From: Promethearchaeota archaeon
Lineage (GTDB): Archaea > Asgardarchaeota > Lokiarchaeia > Sigyniarchaeales > SOKP01
Length of the DNA stretch: 64,000 nt
Direction: 5' to 3'
NCBI GenBank assembly: GCA_048937405.1
Contig: JBHLNF010000006.1
Coordinates: 1 to 64,000 of the forward strand
Positions 59,481 through 64,000 of the stretch are shown in pieces. The notes beneath the pieces are model-generated. The model saw only the letters and a program-made list of their open reading frames with translations, did no database searches and was not told the origin of the DNA. Numbering within the stretch: the stretch's first letter is position 1; each line of letters starts with the position of its first letter. The translations under genes and the position numbers were made by a program.

Positions 59481-61472
59481 TTGTACTCACAAACTTATAA
59501 TCCAAATTTGATGAATATGTCTTATTCAGAATCTAAGGAGCTAGCTCAAGCAAGAAAATTTATTGATAAATGTAAGTTTGATGAAGCGGAACATTTGATT
59601 AAGAATTTCGAAGAAAAGGGAGGACAAATTCTTCATGATACAGTTTTATGTCAATACCTCAAGTGTGAGCTCTTATTTTGGAGAGGATTACATAAGGATG
59701 TTATAAAACTTGCCGAACAAGCATATAAAGAAAGTTTAGGATTAGAAAAAAACTTCCTATCGGTTAATATCTTACTAATAATGGCGTATTCTTTATTAAT
59801 GCTTAATAAATCGGAAGAATCTTACGAGATAGTTAAGCAAGGAGAGAAATTGCTAAAAGCTTTAACCCAAGAATTACCAATAGAATACAAACAAAGAGAA
59901 GCTTATATAGCTTTTCTTAAAGGATGGTATTACACACTAAAAAATGAGGAAGAGAGGGCTATAAAGCAGTTTGAGCTCAGCATATCATTGCGAGAAGAAA
60001 TTAGCGCTGATTTGGAAATTATCCATTCCCTTATTGGAATTGCCTATTTATTTACTTTTCTAAAGGGTGATTATAAACGTGCCTTAAAATATTTAGAGCG
60101 TGGTATAATTATTGCCGAGGAAAGTGGCAATAGATGGTGTATTGGATATCTTACTATGCGTATAGCAAGGATACATATGTTAAAGGGGGAATTGGATCAA
60201 AGTATTATACTTTATGATCGGAGCTTGACAATTTTCAATGATCTTGACAATAAATTTATGGTAGCTTGGATTCTTAGCCTTCTGGGGGATGTTAATAGAC
60301 AGAAAGGAGAATTAAATCGTGCATTGGAAAACATTGAACAAGGTTTGGCATTAGACCGCCAATTAGGATTATTACAAACACTAGCGATAGATCACTATAA
60401 TTTCATTCAGGTTTTAGTTGATATAGGTGATATAAAACGAGCACAGCAAGCTCTTCATGATTTAGAGCAATTGAACAATCAATCAAAAGACAAAATAGTT
60501 AATTTCTTGTATCTTCTTGATAAGGCTATAGTATTGAAAACTAGTCCTCGAGCTCGCAATCGGGTTGAAGCGGAAGAAATATTTAAGCAAGTTCTCGAAG
60601 ATGAGGATTCCAATTTTTTAATTAAGTTAAGAGCACTAACTAACTTATGTGAATTACTTTTAACTGAGTTACGGGTAACTAATGACTTAGAAGTGTTTGA
60701 TGAGTTAACTCAATGTATTACTCGATTATTAGCTATTGCCAAGAAATCACACTCATACTCAATACTGTGCGAGACTTACCTTTTTCAAGCTAAATTAGCA
60801 TTAATTTCATTGAACTTGAAAGAAGCTCGAAGATTATTAACTCAAGGACAGAAAATTACTGAAAAATATGGTCTTATTCTATTATCCCGGAAAATTTCAC
60901 ATGAACATGATGAATTACTTAAACAATTAGAAATATGGGAGAAATTAAAAGAATCAAAAGCACCCTTAGCTGAACGTATGGATTTGTCACGCTTAAATGA
61001 GCAAATGGAGCAAATGATACGAAAACGAGCGATAAACATTCCCGAACTTTCAGATGAAAAACCTGTGCTTCTTTTTATTATATCAGAGGGCGGAATACCA
61101 TTTTTCTCTCAAAAATTTATAAAGGATCAAACTTTTGAAGACTATCTTTTTGGAGGTTTCTTTACTGCAGTTAATACTTTTATTAGAGAACAGTTCTCTG
61201 AAGGGCTTGATCGGGCGATTTTTGGTGAACATACGCTCCTTATGAATTCTGTATCCCCCTTTTTGATATGTTACGTATATAAGGGTCAATCCTATTCTGC
61301 TCAACAAAGGATTAGAACTTTTATAGATAAAATACAGAATGATGAACTAGTATGGCAAACCTTTAAAAAATTTTACCAACTGAACCAAGAAATTCAATTA
61401 AAAGACATTCCCTCTTTAGAATCTCTAATAAAAGAGATATTTATTGATAAAAATATTCAATTAATAAGTTAA
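59481..61472 (+). CDS. TPR-repeat protein with a C-terminal longin/roadblock-like domain
   Basis: Multiple TPR units; C-terminal PVLLFIISEGGIPFFS..LFGGFFTAVNTF..GLDRAIFG..CYVYKGQSY. Confidence 0.85.
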   Translation: MYSQTYNPNLMNMSYSESKELAQARKFIDKCKFDEAEHLIKNFEEKGGQILHDTVLCQYLKCELLFWRGLHKDVIKLAEQAYKESLGLEKNFLSVNILLIMAYSLLMLNKSEESYEIVKQGEKLLKALTQELPIEYKQREAYIAFLKGWYYTLKNEEERAIKQFELSISLREEISADLEIIHSLIGIAYLFTFLKGDYKRALKYLERGIIIAEESGNRWCIGYLTMRIARIHMLKGELDQSIILYDRSLTIFNDLDNKFMVAWILSLLGDVNRQKGELNRALENIEQGLALDRQLGLLQTLAIDHYNFIQVLVDIGDIKRAQQALHDLEQLNNQSKDKIVNFLYLLDKAIVLKTSPRARNRVEAEEIFKQVLEDEDSNFLIKLRALTNLCELLLTELRVTNDLEVFDELTQCITRLLAIAKKSHSYSILCETYLFQAKLALISLNLKEARRLLTQGQKITEKYGLILLSRKISHEHDELLKQLEIWEKLKESKAPLAERMDLSRLNEQMEQMIRKRAINIPELSDEKPVLLFIISEGGIPFFSQKFIKDQTFEDYLFGGFFTAVNTFIREQFSEGLDRAIFGEHTLLMNSVSPFLICYVYKGQSYSAQQRIRTFIDKIQNDELVWQTFKKFYQLNQEIQLKDIPSLESLIKEIFIDKNIQLIS

Positions 61473-61786
61473 AAGTTAAACCCTTATGAAGAAAGAGCAT
61501 CTTTTGAAGAAATTGAACAATAACAAATATATTTTAAAGTTGAAAAATTCAGATATTCAAAATTATAGAATATTATCTTTTTTTACTCTTTTCTAATTTT
61601 TTATATTTGTTTTTTCATTTAATTATCTTAGGTTATATTTATTATTAACAGAATGAATTTAAAGGATTTAAAAGTGTTACAGTACAATATATCTTATATT
61701 TTTATTCTGAGTTAAAAACTGAAATGAGGAAACCTTTAAAAAATGTTATTGACAATCTAGATAAATAAATAGTTATCTTTAGATTC

Positions 61787-62521
61787 ATGGAATTATTGAA
61801 TAAGAGCTTTGAAGAAATAAAAAGAGTCAAGAATCCAGAAATAATAAATGATTTCTTGATAAAATTAAGTGAAGATCCAGATGAGGATTATCTAATTTAT
61901 ATAAACTACTTAATCGATAATTTAGACAAGCAAATTCTTAATAAAGTTAATTTGAATTTAATTTTTTTTATTGGAGAAATTGGAAAAATAGTAATATTAA
62001 ATGATAGGTATTTGACTTTTTTAATAGAGACTTACTATACATCAGATAGATGGATTAGAAATGAGATAATTCAGACAATTGGCAAAATATCCCAAAAAAC
62101 AGAAATTTCAGACGATATAATAAAATTAGTAATTAATGCTGTAAATGATGATTATCACTCTATTAAGAGTAATGCTCTTCAAGTAATATTGAATTTAAAA
62201 GAAATCCCTCTAAATAAGAGTGAGTTTATATTTAGAATATTAAATTTAAAAAATAAGGAGTTAGAAAAATTGTGTATTCAAATAATAGAAAAGTTTCTTC
62301 CAGACTATACTCAACTGATTAACTCGTTGAGTTATTCAGAAAATTATAAAATACTCAAACCATTTGCTATTAGAACTTTATTATTGGTATATTTCAGATC
62401 AGTAATTAATATAGAATCTTTTCGAGAAAAAATTTCAAATTCTAATTGGGAAATGGAATATAAAGAGATTTATGTTAAAGAGATAGATACTTTTGAAAAA
62501 GTTATTCTAAAAAATTTATAA
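61787..62521 (+). CDS. HEAT-repeat protein
   Basis: DRWIRNEIIQTIGKI; VNDDYHSIKSNALQVI. Confidence 0.65.
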   Translation: MELLNKSFEEIKRVKNPEIINDFLIKLSEDPDEDYLIYINYLIDNLDKQILNKVNLNLIFFIGEIGKIVILNDRYLTFLIETYYTSDRWIRNEIIQTIGKISQKTEISDDIIKLVINAVNDDYHSIKSNALQVILNLKEIPLNKSEFIFRILNLKNKELEKLCIQIIEKFLPDYTQLINSLSYSENYKILKPFAIRTLLLVYFRSVINIESFREKISNSNWEMEYKEIYVKEIDTFEKVILKNL

Positions 62522-62530
62522 ATAAACAAA

Positions 62531-63751
62531 CTACTGATATTTTTCTAGAATTTCATCTAAATTTTCATTAGATAATACGATATCATTGAATATTTTTATT
62601 AAATTTTTAATAATTTCTCTTGGATTACCATTTGCTTTATTAAAAATAGAATTTAATATGTCTTCAGACAAAGGAAAGTAAGATTGGGAAAAATCTCTAA
62701 AGTACTCAAAATAGTTCAATTTTCCAAAAAAATATTCTAAATATTTTTTATAAAAAGTGAATATATCATTTTCAACAAAATTGGGTAAAATAATAGGTTC
62801 ATTAATCAGTTTTAAAAGATTCTTATCAATATCTTCAAATTTCCTTAAGATATCTTTGTAGAACTCGATTGATTTTAAAGTAATTATGATTTTTAAACCA
62901 TTTATCTTGTTTAGTCGCACAATTTTATTTAAAATTTTATTGGCAACATCTATTTCAGGTGATTCTTTACTCTCATAAAGCCAGCTCCTATCAAAAACCT
63001 CTTCTTTTTGTTCCTCTATTGGTACAGGTCTCATCATGGAAATTATTTTCTCAAAATCATCAATAAATAAGACGCTATTTACCATGGCATTTTCAATTAG
63101 TACTTTTAACATTGTATATGCATTATTTCTATCTCTTAAATCATGTTTTAAATTTAGTCTTGAAAGTTCCCTAATATCGATTACTTCTCCTAAAAACCAT
63201 CTTTCAATTTCTATTTTTTTATATGGATCTAATTGATGAGCAGTTATCGCATTTATAATATCCAAGATTGATTGTTTATCTTCAAATTCAGTAGCCCATT
63301 CTTCACAGGCAACTTTTTTAACTTTTTCAATTTCTGCTAAATGAAAAAAACCGAATTTTCTCTCCAATGCTCCCCATTTGTTACACAATCTATGAGAAAT
63401 ATTTCTCAATACTTCTATACCCATATTTTCTATGAATTCAGAGTATGTATTGTAATAAAATTTCTTAGTCACATTTTCTAAGGAGATATAAACAATGTTA
63501 TAATAATATAATTCATGCTTTAAAGCCCAGTATAAATGGGTTTTTCCAGTCCCAACGTCACCAATAATGGGTATAATAATATTATCATTTTTTTCAAGGA
63601 TATTAATAATAGAATACAAAAAGTCATATCTAGATTTGACTAATCCAATATCTTCTTCGATCTCTCCTGTCGAAACAAATTTTTTAAACGGAGAACCTGT
63701 AAATTTTAGAAGGTTTAGTAATTTCTGTTCCTTATTCTCAAAAAGAAGCAT
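62531..63751 (-). CDS. AAA+/P-loop ATPase (DUF2791/BrxD-like)
   Basis: Walker A GDVGTGKT, Walker B LFIDDFE, WFLGE helix, GNPREI sensor. Confidence 0.7.
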   Translation of the reverse strand: MLLFENKEQKLLNLLKFTGSPFKKFVSTGEIEEDIGLVKSRYDFLYSIINILEKNDNIIIPIIGDVGTGKTHLYWALKHELYYYNIVYISLENVTKKFYYNTYSEFIENMGIEVLRNISHRLCNKWGALERKFGFFHLAEIEKVKKVACEEWATEFEDKQSILDIINAITAHQLDPYKKIEIERWFLGEVIDIRELSRLNLKHDLRDRNNAYTMLKVLIENAMVNSVLFIDDFEKIISMMRPVPIEEQKEEVFDRSWLYESKESPEIDVANKILNKIVRLNKINGLKIIITLKSIEFYKDILRKFEDIDKNLLKLINEPIILPNFVENDIFTFYKKYLEYFFGKLNYFEYFRDFSQSYFPLSEDILNSIFNKANGNPREIIKNLIKIFNDIVLSNENLDEILEKYQ

Positions 63752-63768
63752 TTTCGATCAAAATGATT

Positions 63769-64000
63769 TTAGATTTTTAATTCCTCAATTCCCAATATTA
63801 TTATATATTCAAGCATTTCATCATCGACATTAGTAATTGGTTCATAGCTAATATTTATATCCTCATTTTTATCTCTTCCTACAATCAAGCAATCATAGAA
63901 AACGGGATCACCATTATCATCTATTACCACTCTATCAGCGATAATAATACCATTACTAATCATTGCAATTGGATTTTTTAATATTTCCCCTTTGAAAAAA
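63769..64000 (-). CDS. Hypothetical protein, probably truncated by the window edge
   Basis: The frame of track ORF 63769..63963 stays open to the end of the window. Confidence 0.5.
   Translation of the reverse strand, partial: FFKGEILKNPIAMISNGIIIADRVVIDDNGDPVFYDCLIVGRDKNEDINISYEPITNVDDEMLEYIIILGIEELKI

Noticed and set aside
1-64000. tRNA, rRNA or structured ncRNA genes
   Set aside because: No GC-rich structured segment or tRNA arm motifs were seen in the intergenic regions; a covariance-model search would be needed to exclude small RNAs.

Overview
This AT-rich archaeal window most likely comes from a Lokiarchaeia-type Asgard archaeon. That is an inference from a longin-fused small GTPase, a RING-finger protein, a TPR+longin-like protein, Loki-CTERM-like anchors and an MCP with no che genes nearby. 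About 55 CDSs are present; I found no rRNA, tRNA, CRISPR array, transposase or integrase. Main points: (1) At 49.5-59.4 kb, a 12-gene operon opposite an Lrp gene joins sulfur carriers (2x TusA, DsrE/F/H, DsrE2) to HdrCBA-MvhD. It has no catalytic [NiFe] large subunit. MvhG instead carries what looks like a miniaturised, Cys-less MvhA relic, and an FrhB-like protein has a whole GltD/NfnB-type module inserted into it. (2) Four unannotated 70-103 aa paralogues (21.3, 25.8, 26.1, 26.5 kb) align without gaps. One follows an RHH regulator that is divergent from a cyclin/TFB-fold gene; three end next to a RING protein. (3) Two single-gene cassettes (an acyl-CoA ligase and a surface protein) are flanked by duplicated gene ends that differ at synonymous positions, with no recombinase nearby. 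(4) Two adjacent related membrane genes have coding-like N-terminal extensions without a canonical start codon. (5) A 41-aa Zn-finger micro-ORF is missed by the ORF track. All calls come from reading motifs by eye; no searches were run.
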